A DNA stretch of 64,000 nucleotides from an uncultured delta proteobacterium (lineage in GTDB: Bacteria > Desulfobacterota > WTBG01): contig CAWCBP010000001.1 in NCBI GenBank assembly GCA_963793865.1, positions 608,001 to 672,000 on the forward strand, written 5' to 3'. Below are positions 42,081-51,688 of the stretch, piece by piece. Each line of letters starts with the position of its first letter. The stretch's first letter is position 1. Position numbers and translations under genes: made by a program. The notes beneath the pieces are model-generated. The model ran no database searches, had not been told where the DNA came from, and saw nothing but the letters and a program-made list of their open reading frames with translations.

Positions 42081-43652
42081 CTAGCTTGACGTCCCGGTCA
42101 GGCGCGCCCTGCTTCGTAAGCTCGGACCGCCGTTTCCCAGCTTTTTTGACTGCATGGGCTGGCCCTTACCGCAGTTGGATATGGGGAAGATGCGGAAGTC
42201 ATTTCCCACGGCGTCTATCTGCATGAGAAAATCGCGGCTGTCGGCAGTAATGCCGCCGTCACGGAAAAGCCGGCCGGGAGCGCCGTTTTTGATTTCATAA
42301 ACCTTCCGGGCGGTGATGCGAAAATTTTCCCGCGACTCCGCAATGGAAGGTATCCGGTGCCCCACCAGGTAATAGCCGTTATCGATTTCGCCCAGGATAT
42401 CCTTGATATCCCGGGTTCCCCCCTCGATGACCGTGGTTGACATCCTGATCAGGGGGACAACGGAGGCATCAATGCTCTTGTAGGAACCGTTGGGCTCATC
42501 CTTGAAAAGGGCCGCTGTCTGCCTGCTGTTCATGAAACCCCGGTAGACACCCCCCTGGATGTGATATACCTTTTTCCCCCTGGTCCCTTCGTTATCATAG
42601 CGATAGTGCCCGAAACCCGGAAGAGACGGGTCGGAATAGGCTGAAAGCAGGGGTGATGCCACCTGCCTGCCCACCTGATGATGATCGAAATCATTAAAAA
42701 GCCAGGAGCGGCCGGCATAGGCTGTTTCCATCTTAAGCGCCCGGTCCAGCTCATTGGGATGGCCGATAATTTCGTGGGCCAGCAGCGCGTTAAAGTGGGG
42801 ATCGGTAACCACGGTGACCGGCTTGCCCGTGTCGGGAAGCGGCGGGGCGTCGGCAAGTTCCAGGGTGTCATGTGCCAGCGCCAGTGAGAAGGAGCGAAGA
42901 TCCTTGCTGAAGATGAGGGGACCCCGGCAGCCGTTCTCAATTACCTCCCAGCCCCGCTGGTGGCCGATGTCATCGTAGTGCTCCTGGATGCCCTCCCTGC
43001 CGGAGGCCACAACATAGGCGATGCCATGGGTTATGGCAAAGGTCTGGTCTATGGCCGCGCCCTCGCTTGAGGTAAAAAATTCCCGCTCGAGCATGGTCGA
43101 GGCCCCGACCTGGTTATAGAGGATGCGGCTGTCCATGGCCGCAAGCTCTTTTGATATGTCCCTGAGGTGGGAGGAAATTTTTTTGGGCGAGATGCTGCAG
43201 GGATCAATTTCATATTCCGCCGGCACGGACTCCCGCACTATTTCAACCGGTGCCAGATCCATGTCCCAGAGGCTCTCTCCCAGCTGACCGAAGCGCTGTT
43301 TGGCCCGGGCTTTATGGCGCGCATTAAAAAGGGCCCGGTCATACGCATGGGCCAGCCCTTCATCAAGGATGGCCGTCAAGCGCGCCGGCGCGTCCTTACC
43401 CAGGGTAAGGCCGAAATATCCGGCTGAGGCAATCTCCTCTCCCGCCAGCACCCGCGCGCCGAATGAAAAGCTGTAGTCGGTCCCGCTGTATTTTTCCTCG
43501 CCGTTCTCGCAGAATGCCCCCCGCCCCTCCGACATGCTGATGCGAAGGTCGGCATAGCGGATGAACGGCCGCAGCCTGACAAAACTTCTCAGCCGGGCCT
43601 CGGTCAGCTCCTTGATGCCGTCAAGCACCCCGATGGTAAACTGGTCGGTCAT
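42081..43652 (-). CDS. tldD: TldD-family metalloprotease
   Basis: HEIIGH, YDNEG, CGKGQP. Confidence 0.85.
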   Translation of the reverse strand: MTDQFTIGVLDGIKELTEARLRSFVRLRPFIRYADLRISMSEGRGAFCENGEEKYSGTDYSFSFGARVLAGEEIASAGYFGLTLGKDAPARLTAILDEGLAHAYDRALFNARHKARAKQRFGQLGESLWDMDLAPVEIVRESVPAEYEIDPCSISPKKISSHLRDISKELAAMDSRILYNQVGASTMLEREFFTSSEGAAIDQTFAITHGIAYVVASGREGIQEHYDDIGHQRGWEVIENGCRGPLIFSKDLRSFSLALAHDTLELADAPPLPDTGKPVTVVTDPHFNALLAHEIIGHPNELDRALKMETAYAGRSWLFNDFDHHQVGRQVASPLLSAYSDPSLPGFGHYRYDNEGTRGKKVYHIQGGVYRGFMNSRQTAALFKDEPNGSYKSIDASVVPLIRMSTTVIEGGTRDIKDILGEIDNGYYLVGHRIPSIAESRENFRITARKVYEIKNGAPGRLFRDGGITADSRDFLMQIDAVGNDFRIFPISNCGKGQPMQSKKLGNGGPSLRSRARLTGTSS

Positions 43653-43664
43653 GGCGGTTTCTAT

Positions 43665-43752
43665 CAGGTTGTTGAAAAAGCAGTTTTCCTCAGGCTGTTA
43701 AAAGCCCCTCCCCTTTGAGCCACGAATCAGATGGGTGTTTTTCAACAGCCTG
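43665..43752. mobile_element. MITE-like element with 15-bp terminal inverted repeats
   Basis: CAGGTTGTTGAAAAA...TTTTTCAACAGCCTG; partial copies at 47685-47741 and 25716-25729. Confidence 0.6.
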
Positions 43753-44070
<318 letters not shown>

Positions 44071-44089
44071 ACAAAAACCTCCTTGTTAT

Positions 44090-45277
44090 TTATATTTGTG
44101 CGGCTTTCACCCGGGATGCCATCTTCCTGCCCAGTTCCTTGCACTGTTCCAGCTCTTCCCGGTCGGGCAAAAACTGGAACTGGAGGGCGGGTTCGGCCAG
44201 CTCGATGCCGGTTGCCTGCAGCTCCTCGGTGATGGCCTTGGTTGCGCCGCCGCCCCATCCGAAAGAGCCGAATACCGTCCCGATCTTGCCCTGAGGCCTC
44301 AACCCCTTCATATAACAGAGGAAGTCGGCGACTGTCGGGTACATGCCGTTATTGAGCGTGGGAGAACCGATGATGAGCCCCTTGGCATCGAGCACCTCTT
44401 TCATGATGGCCGACCTGCCGGTGCTGCTGATATTCATGAGCTTTACGGTGATGCCTTCCTCCCGCACTCCTTCCAGGATTGCCTTTGCCATCTTCTCAGT
44501 GCTGCCCCACATGGTGTCGTAAATAACCAGCACCTTGGGCCGTGCTTCATGCCGTGCCCAGGAGTAGTAGCAGTTTACAATTTTTTGAATCTCCTTTCTC
44601 CAGATGACGCCGTGGCATGGCGCGATCATGTCCAGCTGCAGGCCTTTGGCCGCGTCAAGCGCCTTGAGCACCGGCCCGCCCACGTGCAGGACGATATTGG
44701 CAAAGTAGGTGGCGGCTTCGGGGTAGATCACCTCCCAGCCGATCTCATCGTCGAACCGCTTCGAGGTGGCCAGGTGCTGGCCGAAGGCATCATTGGAAAA
44801 GAGAATTTTGTCGGAGGGAGAGTAGGTTACCATTGAATCGGGCCAGTGCACCATGGGTATCTCCAGGAAGCTCAGCTGCCGATTGCCCAGGTTCAGGGTG
44901 TCGCCGGTTTTCACTGTCTGGAAGGGCCAGTCCTTCTTGTAGTAGCGGGTTAACCCCTTTTTACCCCGCTCGCTGGTGACAACGGTTATCTGCGGGGCCA
45001 GGTCCATAACCCGGGGGAGGGAACCGGAATGGTCCATTTCCACGTGGTTGGAGATGTGATAATCTATTTTGCTGAAGGGAATGATCTCTTCAACCCGCCC
45101 CACCATCTCTTCGAAAAACGGCGCCTTGACCGTATCAATCAGGGCCACCTTGTCGTCCACAATCAGGTAGGCGTTGTAGGTTGTTCCCTCCGGCGTGTCA
45201 TAGCCATGGAAAAGCCTGATGTTCCAGTCTATGGCGCCGACCCAGTAAATCCCCTTTTTCAGTTCAACTTTTCCCAT
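44090..45277 (-). CDS. fprA: Flavodiiron protein (FprA/ROO type)
   Basis: HVEMDHSG, HWPDS, DAFGQH, C-terminal flavodoxin. Confidence 0.93.
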   Translation of the reverse strand: MGKVELKKGIYWVGAIDWNIRLFHGYDTPEGTTYNAYLIVDDKVALIDTVKAPFFEEMVGRVEEIIPFSKIDYHISNHVEMDHSGSLPRVMDLAPQITVVTSERGKKGLTRYYKKDWPFQTVKTGDTLNLGNRQLSFLEIPMVHWPDSMVTYSPSDKILFSNDAFGQHLATSKRFDDEIGWEVIYPEAATYFANIVLHVGGPVLKALDAAKGLQLDMIAPCHGVIWRKEIQKIVNCYYSWARHEARPKVLVIYDTMWGSTEKMAKAILEGVREEGITVKLMNISSTGRSAIMKEVLDAKGLIIGSPTLNNGMYPTVADFLCYMKGLRPQGKIGTVFGSFGWGGGATKAITEELQATGIELAEPALQFQFLPDREELEQCKELGRKMASRVKAAQI

Positions 45278-45325
45278 ATCGCTTGCTCCTTTCTCACCGT
45301 ACTGCAGATGAGCATGTCATATATG

Positions 45326-45910
45326 TTAAACAATTCCCTCTGACGCGGCAAGTGACCTTCCCAGGTCATAAGCCTCCTGCAGCGCGTCCGGATGTTTCAG
45401 AATTTCTCCCTTGCCGTCGATGCTCCGGTGGAGAAGGGCATGGGAGAGTTCCGCGTTTATGGTATCAAAGAAATACTTGACGGTCAGCAGGGTGCCGTCA
45501 AAGAGCTTTGCCCCTTTTGTCGCCCCCGCTGATATGAATATGCCTTTTTTCTTGATCTCCGATGCGCCGACCGGCAGCTTTAAAACATATTTGCGCGCCC
45601 AGAGGGCCTGCGAGCGGTCAATGAGCGCCTTGGTCTGTGCGTTGACGCCGTAAAAAAATATGGGCGCGGCCAGCACGATGCAGTCATGCGTTACCAGGTG
45701 GCTGTACATCATGCGCATATCGTCCTGGAGGAAGCATTCACCGGACTGAGAGCAGCTGTGGTCGGCAACGCAGGGAAGAATCTGCAGATCGCAGAGAAAG
45801 ATCTCCGTGGCAGCGCCTCCCTGCGCGTGCAAACCTTTTACCAGTGCTCGTAATAACAGGGTGGTGTTTCCTTCCTTGCGGGGACTTCCGTACATGGCAA
45901 GCACCTTCAT
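45326..45910 (-). CDS. NADPH-dependent FMN reductase / iron-sulfur flavoprotein
   Basis: MKVLAMYGSPRKEGNT, PCVADHSC...C. Confidence 0.88.
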   Translation of the reverse strand: MKVLAMYGSPRKEGNTTLLLRALVKGLHAQGGAATEIFLCDLQILPCVADHSCSQSGECFLQDDMRMMYSHLVTHDCIVLAAPIFFYGVNAQTKALIDRSQALWARKYVLKLPVGASEIKKKGIFISAGATKGAKLFDGTLLTVKYFFDTINAELSHALLHRSIDGKGEILKHPDALQEAYDLGRSLAASEGIV

Positions 45911-45929
45911 GGAAGTGACTCCCTCATGG

Positions 45930-46040
45930 CTAGGCCAGTTCCTTGAATTTTGCCTTGCCCGCGCCGCAGACAGGGCACTTTTCAGGCGGGTTGTCCCCTG
46001 CGTGAACATAGCCGCAAACCGTGCATCTCCATTTCTTCAT
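45930..46040 (-). CDS. Mini-rubredoxin (36 aa)
   Basis: Manual translation [46 protein letters not shown]. Confidence 0.85.
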   Translation of the reverse strand: MKKWRCTVCGYVHAGDNPPEKCPVCGAGKAKFKELA

Positions 46041-46136
46041 TGCCTTACTCCTTTCTGGTGGTGATGGGTGGATGATAGGGTTTCATGATGTATGGCCCGC
46101 CGCTGCAGTAAACTCTGTAAGGGGCCCGGACAGCGG

Positions 46137-47270
46137 TCATCCCTTTGCCCCCAGGTCTGTGTGCAACTGCAGATACTGCAAGATGTCATTTCGCCTCAAT
46201 ATGCCCATTACCCTGTTTGCCTCAACTACCGGGACCTGATGGATGCTTTTTGCCGTAAGCTTCTCGAGCGCCACGCCGGCATCATCGGAAGGTGATACGT
46301 TTTCAAGCAGGTCTTTGGGAACCATGATCTCACGCACGGATGTGAACGGCCACTTCTCGCGGGGAACCTTCTTAACGTCGTGAAGGCACACGATACCCCT
46401 GAGCAGGCCGTCACGGATCACCAGAAATCCCCGGTCCCGATGACGCAGCATGTAATCATCGACCAGCTGCTGCACGCTCATTTCCTCGGAGACGGTTGCA
46501 AAATCGGTTATCATCAGATTTTTGACCCTGACCTCGCTGAGCGCGTCCTTGATCATGAGGTGCCGGTAGCTGCTGAGGGCGGCATTATAGAGAAACCAGC
46601 CGATAAAAATGGTCCAGACCCCGTTCAGAGTGAGCCCGGAGAAAATGAGACTGATGCCCCAGAAAATGAGCAGCACCGCCACCACCTTGCCGCTGAAGGA
46701 TGCCACCCGGGTTGCCAGCCGGAAATTTTTTGTCAGGCCCCAGATGATGGCGCGCAGGATGCGGCCTCCGTCAAGGGGAAAGCCCGGTATTAAATTGAAG
46801 CAGGCAAGGGCAAGGTTGATTAATCCCAGATAGCGGAAAAGAGATGCCAGGGACGGGCTGCCGTCCCTGCAGATCCACCAGGCGGCCCCCGCGACGAGGC
46901 TGAGCGCAATGCTGGTGAGGGGACCCACAAAGGCAATCAGGAATTCTTTCAGCGGCCTGTCCGGCTCTCCGCCGATCTGGGCCAACCCCCCGAAGATGAA
47001 AAGGGTTATGCTGTGCACCTCCTCGCCCTGCTGCCGCGCCACCAGCGAATGACCAAGTTCATGTGCGAGTACCGATGCAAAAAACAGCAGGCTGGCAATA
47101 AATCCCAGGGCCCAGTTGACAAAAACAGGGTTCTGGGGATGCTGTGCGGGGAAATAGTGCCCGGCCAATGTCCAGGTTACCAGGGCAAATATGATCAGCC
47201 AGCTGCTGTCGATGTATACCTCAATGCCCAGGATTTTTCCCGGACACCAGGCATTGCGGATTTTTTTCAT
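46137..47270 (-). CDS. Site-2 protease (M50) with tandem CBS domains
   Basis: HELGH, NLIPGFPLDGG, CBS pair. Confidence 0.92.
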   Translation of the reverse strand: MKKIRNAWCPGKILGIEVYIDSSWLIIFALVTWTLAGHYFPAQHPQNPVFVNWALGFIASLLFFASVLAHELGHSLVARQQGEEVHSITLFIFGGLAQIGGEPDRPLKEFLIAFVGPLTSIALSLVAGAAWWICRDGSPSLASLFRYLGLINLALACFNLIPGFPLDGGRILRAIIWGLTKNFRLATRVASFSGKVVAVLLIFWGISLIFSGLTLNGVWTIFIGWFLYNAALSSYRHLMIKDALSEVRVKNLMITDFATVSEEMSVQQLVDDYMLRHRDRGFLVIRDGLLRGIVCLHDVKKVPREKWPFTSVREIMVPKDLLENVSPSDDAGVALEKLTAKSIHQVPVVEANRVMGILRRNDILQYLQLHTDLGAKG

Positions 47271-47280
47271 AGAGAACGTT

Positions 47281-47646
47281 TTACTGCCGTGATGAGGAGG
47301 TTGTGTTCATCATCTGAGAGGAGGCCCCGGTACAACAGGCGGAGAGGGCGGGATTACGAAATACTTGCTCAGATAATCGTAGAGCGTGTCCGCCTCCGCC
47401 TGCAGAGATGTCGGCGCCGGGTTTACTTCTCATGCGGTCCACGGTCGGTTTTACCATGTCTATTGTCAGGTGCGCTTCCTTTACCCGTTCCGGAGAATGG
47501 CACTTCTGGCATTTGATTTCAAACAGTTTTTGACGAGGATCTGATGCAGGTGCCGCATCGGTGGTTTGGGCAGCAGCCGCCGAAAGAAACGGGACAAGCG
47601 CCAACGCGAAAAAAAGGGAAACGAGTGTTGCGGATAGCGATTTCAT
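47281..47646 (-). CDS. Small monoheme cytochrome c, probable frameshift near 47400
   Basis: Signal peptide, CQKCH; alternative frame AEADTLYDYLSKYF fits a cytochrome c C-terminal helix. Confidence 0.7.
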   Translation of the reverse strand: MKSLSATLVSLFFALALVPFLSAAAAQTTDAAPASDPRQKLFEIKCQKCHSPERVKEAHLTIDMVKPTVDRMRSKPGADISAGGGGHALRLSEQVFRNPALSACCTGASSQMMNTTSSSRQ

Positions 47647-47754
47647 GATTTCTCCTTCTGTGATTCAATACTTCGTGTGTTCGCAGCCCCTCCCCCTTGA
47701 GCCTTTGAACAGCGTTGGAAAATTACTTTTTCAACAACCTGCTAAACCGGATGC

Positions 47755-47991
47755 TCATTTGAGGTTGAGTGCGGCTTCAATCTTTTCCTGATCAAATCCG
47801 ATTATGACCCGGCCGTCAATGACAATGACCGGCACACTCCTTTGACTGGTCAGGGCTATCATTTCATCTCGCGCTGCCTTGTCCTGTCCCACGTCGTACT
47901 GCGTGAACGGAACATTTTTTTGCGAAAGAAACTCCTTCGCGTGATGGCAGTGGGGTCAGGTTGGTAGCGAGTACATTTTTATGTCTGCCAT
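47755..47991 (-). CDS. Selenoprotein: glutaredoxin/NrdH-like redoxin, U-P-H-C, 78 aa, Sec at codon 12
   Basis: AGGAGG RBS; MADIKMYSLPT-TGA-PHCHHAKEFL...SVPVIVIDGRVIIGFD; absent from the ORF track. Confidence 0.9.
47922..47940 (-). promoter_or_regulatory. Putative bacterial SECIS
   Basis: GCGAAGG-AGUUU-CUUUCGC starting 15 nt after UGA (47956-47958). Confidence 0.72.
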
Positions 47992-48018
47992 GACGGTGTG
48001 CGCCTCCTTCCTGAAGGG

Positions 48019-48165
48019 TTAAACGGCTACCGCAGAAAATCTGCCGTGTTCCTTAACCAGTTTAAGCGAAGCCTGACAAACAGGACAGACCACGATATCT
48101 CCTTCTTTGGCATCTTGCTTCAGCTCAAAATCCGCGTTGCATAACGGACAGGTTACCATGTGCAT
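48019..48165 (-). CDS. Small zinc-ribbon protein (LysW-like fold, 48 aa)
   Basis: Manual translation MHMVTCPLC..EGDIVVCPVCQASL; AAAGGAG RBS. Confidence 0.75.
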   Translation of the reverse strand: MHMVTCPLCNADFELKQDAKEGDIVVCPVCQASLKLVKEHGRFSAVAV

Positions 48166-48206
48166 TATTCCTGCTCCTTTCACCTCGAGAGAGGTCACAC
48201 GTATGG

Positions 48207-48371
48207 TTAGGATCCCTTGATGCGGGGATCAATCTTACCCGGACCGCCGCAGTCAGGCGTATAGCAGGTAGTGTCAATAAATGCGCACTTTTCCTGGCAT
48301 GCGGGACATTGCTCAGGCGGGATATCGGTTTCGAGTGTGTAGCCGCACTTGGAACACTTGAACCAGGTCAT
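48207..48371 (-). CDS. Rubredoxin-like protein with extra CYTPDC motif (54 aa)
   Basis: Manual translation MTWFKCSKCGY..PPEQCPACQEKCAFIDTTCYTPDCGG; AGGAGG RBS. Confidence 0.8.
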   Translation of the reverse strand: MTWFKCSKCGYTLETDIPPEQCPACQEKCAFIDTTCYTPDCGGPGKIDPRIKGS

Positions 48372-48462
48372 TTCATACCTCCTTTGCTCGTTTCTTGCCG
48401 GCCTTTCAGAATGAAATTCGTTGAGGGTTTGCAGCTCCTTACAGCATAGTGATCAGAAGTTC

Positions 48463-48606
48463 AAATCCAAAATTCGAATATCGAAGCACGAAACAATGTC
48501 ATAAGTCCAAATATCAAATGCTCAAACCCCTGTCTATAAAGTCTTTGTTTGCATTTTGCATCTTTTTGTATTTTGGTAATTTGGATTTGTTTCGAATTTC
48601 GGATTT
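48463..48606. repeat. Imperfect palindromic AT-rich intergenic element with short periodic units
   Basis: AAATCCAAAATTCGAA...TTCGAATTTCGGATTT arms (15/16 complementary). Confidence 0.6.
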
Positions 48607-48614
48607 CTCCCCGG

Positions 48615-49514
48615 CTAGAGGTATCTTTTTTGCGTCAGTTCAGGCGCCTTGTTGATGAGGATGGTGTACGGCGGAATGGATTCGGTCAGCCACACGCTCC
48701 CGCCGATGATGGAATATTCGCCGACGACTGTTTTGCCGCCCAGGATGGTCGCGCCCGAGTATATGATAACGTTGTCCTTCAGGGTGGGGTGGCGCTTGGT
48801 GCCCCGGCCTATGTTACCCGAGGCGTCTTTCTGAATGCTGAGCGCGCCCAGGGTCACCCCCTGGTAGAGCCGTACGTTGTTTCCGATTTCCGTGGTTTCC
48901 CCGATGACCACGCCGGTTCCATGGTCAATGAAAAAATTGCTGCCGATGGAAGCGCCGGGATGGATGTCGATTCCTGTCTTGTTATGGGCGTATTCAGACA
49001 TGATCCGCGGGATGAGCGGTACCTGGAGCAGGTGCAGTTCATGGGCCACCCGGTGCACGGCGATGGCCTCGACGCCGGGATAGCTGAGAATGATTTCATC
49101 CAGGTTTTTTGCCGCCGGGTCTCCTTCATAGGCGGCCTGGACATCGCCGCGCAGCTGCTGCCGTATATGGGGTATCTTGCGAAGTATGTCGAAGGTGATT
49201 TCGATGGCCTTGTCGGTGAGTGTTCCGTCGTCGCCGTTTCCCCCGCGCGATGACTTTAAGCTTTTAAGAACTTCCCGCGACAGGTGGTGATAAATAAAGG
49301 CGATCTTTTCCCAGATGTAGTAGGTGAGGTTGGACTTTGACAGCTCCTGCTTTTCATAATAGCCGGGGAAAAGCACCGCCAGGAAATACGTGGTAATTTC
49401 AACCACCCGGTCACGGGAGGGCAGGTTCGGGCCTTCGATGTGGTTGATGCCGTCTTCCGCGTCGTAGGTGCTGACGATGCTTTCAATAATCCGGGGCAGT
49501 TTCGTTTCAGTCAT
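48615..49514 (-). CDS. cysE: Serine O-acetyltransferase (EpsC/CysE type)
   Basis: GDPAA, DIHPGA, IDHGTGVVIGET, KRHPT. Confidence 0.93.
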   Translation of the reverse strand: MTETKLPRIIESIVSTYDAEDGINHIEGPNLPSRDRVVEITTYFLAVLFPGYYEKQELSKSNLTYYIWEKIAFIYHHLSREVLKSLKSSRGGNGDDGTLTDKAIEITFDILRKIPHIRQQLRGDVQAAYEGDPAAKNLDEIILSYPGVEAIAVHRVAHELHLLQVPLIPRIMSEYAHNKTGIDIHPGASIGSNFFIDHGTGVVIGETTEIGNNVRLYQGVTLGALSIQKDASGNIGRGTKRHPTLKDNVIIYSGATILGGKTVVGEYSIIGGSVWLTESIPPYTILINKAPELTQKRYL

Positions 49515-49580
49515 TGTCGGTAATGCCTCTTCGGATGCGATCGGGTAATGCCCTGCCGGCGGGGTGATTCCCGGACTTCA

Positions 49581-50738
49581 TCATGATCTGCCGAAAGGGG
49601 AAATCTCCCGCAACCGCTTTATAATGGGAGGCAGGGTTGCAATGGTGAAGTCAATGTCCTCGTCCGTGTTATAAATGCTCAGGCTCAGCCTGAGCGAGCC
49701 GTGCACGTAGGTAAAAGGAACCCCCATGGCCCGAAGGACGTGGGAGGGCTCAAGCGAACCCGAGGTGCAGGCGGAACCCGACGAAGCGGCAATGCCCTGC
49801 GCACTTAACAGAAGAAGGATTGATTCGCCTTCCACGTATTCGAAGCTTATGTTGGTGGTGTTGGGCAGGCGATGGGTTGCATCTCCGTTGACCTGGACAT
49901 CCGGACAGCGCTTGATCAGCTCGGCCTCCAAACGGTCCCGCAGGGCCCTGACCCGCGTATTCTCATCATCCAGGTGCAGGCGGACAAGCTCCGCGGCCTT
50001 TCCCAGCCCTATGATGTACGGAACGTTTTCCGTTCCCGCCCGCCGTCCCCGCTCCTGATGCCCGCCCATGATAAAGGGGGTGAGCTTGGTGCCCTTCCTG
50101 ATGTAGAGGGCGCCGATGCCTTTCGGAGCGTGGAGCTTGTGACCGGAAAGCGAGAGCAGGTCAATGCTGCTCTTCTTCATGTCAAGGGGGATTTTCCCCA
50201 CGGCCTGAACCGCATCGGTGTGGAAGACGGATCCCCGGCTTTTCACAATCTGCCCGATTTCTTCGATGGGGAAGATGACGCCGGTTTCGTTGTTGGCGTA
50301 CATGAAGCTGGCAATGGCGGTGGTATCGGTGATTGCCTGTTCAACATCGCTGATGTCGAGATTTCCCTTCCGGTCAACCGGCACCTCGGTGGCATCGCAG
50401 CCGTTTTTGCTTAAGTGCCGCACCAGGTTGAGCACCGCGGGATGCTCAACCCGGCTGGTGACCATGTGCCTTTTGTCGGGATATGATCCCAGTGTGCCCC
50501 TGATGGCGGTGCTGTCGCTTTCGGTGCCGCAGCTGGTGAAGATGATTTCACTCGGATCGCAGTTCAGCAGCTGAGCGACCTTCTCGCGGGCCTCCACCAC
50601 TTTTTTTTCAACCTGGCCTCCAAAATAGTGCATGCTGGAGGGGTTTCCGTAATAATCGGAAAAGTAGGGAAGCATTTCCTCAACAACTTCCGGGGCAACC
50701 CGGGTCGTGGCGTTGTTATCCAGGTAAATGGTTTTCAT
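49581..50738 (-). CDS. nifS: Cysteine desulfurase NifS
   Basis: YLDNNATT, SGHKLH, SSGSACTS. Confidence 0.94.
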   Translation of the reverse strand: MKTIYLDNNATTRVAPEVVEEMLPYFSDYYGNPSSMHYFGGQVEKKVVEAREKVAQLLNCDPSEIIFTSCGTESDSTAIRGTLGSYPDKRHMVTSRVEHPAVLNLVRHLSKNGCDATEVPVDRKGNLDISDVEQAITDTTAIASFMYANNETGVIFPIEEIGQIVKSRGSVFHTDAVQAVGKIPLDMKKSSIDLLSLSGHKLHAPKGIGALYIRKGTKLTPFIMGGHQERGRRAGTENVPYIIGLGKAAELVRLHLDDENTRVRALRDRLEAELIKRCPDVQVNGDATHRLPNTTNISFEYVEGESILLLLSAQGIAASSGSACTSGSLEPSHVLRAMGVPFTYVHGSLRLSLSIYNTDEDIDFTIATLPPIIKRLREISPFGRS

Positions 50739-51580
50739 GTTTCCACCACCACTTCGATGTCATCTGCGACAAACTCGCGCAGTTTGGCCTGCACCAGGCC
50801 TTTGAGGGTGAACCCGGAGCTGGGGCAGGCGGTGCATGCGCCCCGCAGCGTTACCATAACCTTTGAACCCTCTATGTCGATGAGGTCAATGTCGCCGCCG
50901 TCGGTTCTCAGCGCGGGGCGGATTTCCCGCTCAATGGTTTCTTCGATCAGCTTCATGCGCTGTATGTTGCTCAAGGCACGCTTGTGCGGCTTCTGCTGTT
51001 GCGCCGGCACCTGCTTGGCCTGACCATGAACGGAAGCAATGATTGATTCAATTTTGGGATGGCAGGACTCGCAGCCGCCGCCCGCCTTTGTGTAATGGGT
51101 AACATCGGCAACGGTGGTAAGGTTGTTCTCACGGATCACCCGCTCGATGTCCCGGTCGGTGATGCCGAAGCATTTGCAAACCACCTCGCCCTCAAGCTGT
51201 TTTTTAATGTCAATGCCCCTGGAATAGGCAATGGCGGCTTCCAGCGCCTCACGCCCCATCACCGAGCAGTGCATCTTTTCTTCAGGCATGCCGCCCAGGT
51301 AATCGGCAATATCGCGATTGGTAATCTGCAGGGCCTCCTCGGGTGTTTTGCCGATTACCATCTCGGTCAGGGCGGATGCTGATGCGATGGCGCTGGCGCA
51401 GCCGAAGGTTTGAAACTTGGCCTCCTTAATTCTTTTGTTCTCGTCGAGCTTGAACATGAATTTCAGCGCGTCACCGCAGGCAAGGGAGCCCATCTCGCCG
51501 ATGCCGTCGGGATTTTCAATCTCTCCCACATTACGGGGGTTGGTAAAGTATTCCTTTAGTTTTTCCGTGTAGTTCCACAT
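50735..51580 (-). CDS. nifU: Fe-S scaffold NifU (three-domain)
   Basis: CGDAL/GCASA/MHCS, CKCF..CESC, CTAC. Confidence 0.94.
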   Translation of the reverse strand: MWNYTEKLKEYFTNPRNVGEIENPDGIGEMGSLACGDALKFMFKLDENKRIKEAKFQTFGCASAIASASALTEMVIGKTPEEALQITNRDIADYLGGMPEEKMHCSVMGREALEAAIAYSRGIDIKKQLEGEVVCKCFGITDRDIERVIRENNLTTVADVTHYTKAGGGCESCHPKIESIIASVHGQAKQVPAQQQKPHKRALSNIQRMKLIEETIEREIRPALRTDGGDIDLIDIEGSKVMVTLRGACTACPSSGFTLKGLVQAKLREFVADDIEVVVET

Positions 51581-51688
51581 GGCTGTGTTCCTCGGTGATA
51601 GGAAAAAGGATACAAACTGCCTCTACAGTGTTGCGTCACACGTGCCCCGGTGAGCGGCACCCGGTATGATCCGGCCCATGCGCCCGGT

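Noticed and set aside
40497..43652. RiPP cluster around TldD/E
   Set aside because: No YcaO, modifying radical SAM enzyme or precursor-like peptide nearby; the small ORFs are metal-binding folds
48019..48165. LysW carrier protein
   Set aside because: Lacks the C-terminal EDWGE motif and there are no lysX/argX neighbours
49581..51580. Nitrogen fixation cluster
   Set aside because: nifSU without nifHDK is the housekeeping NIF Fe-S system of many anaerobes
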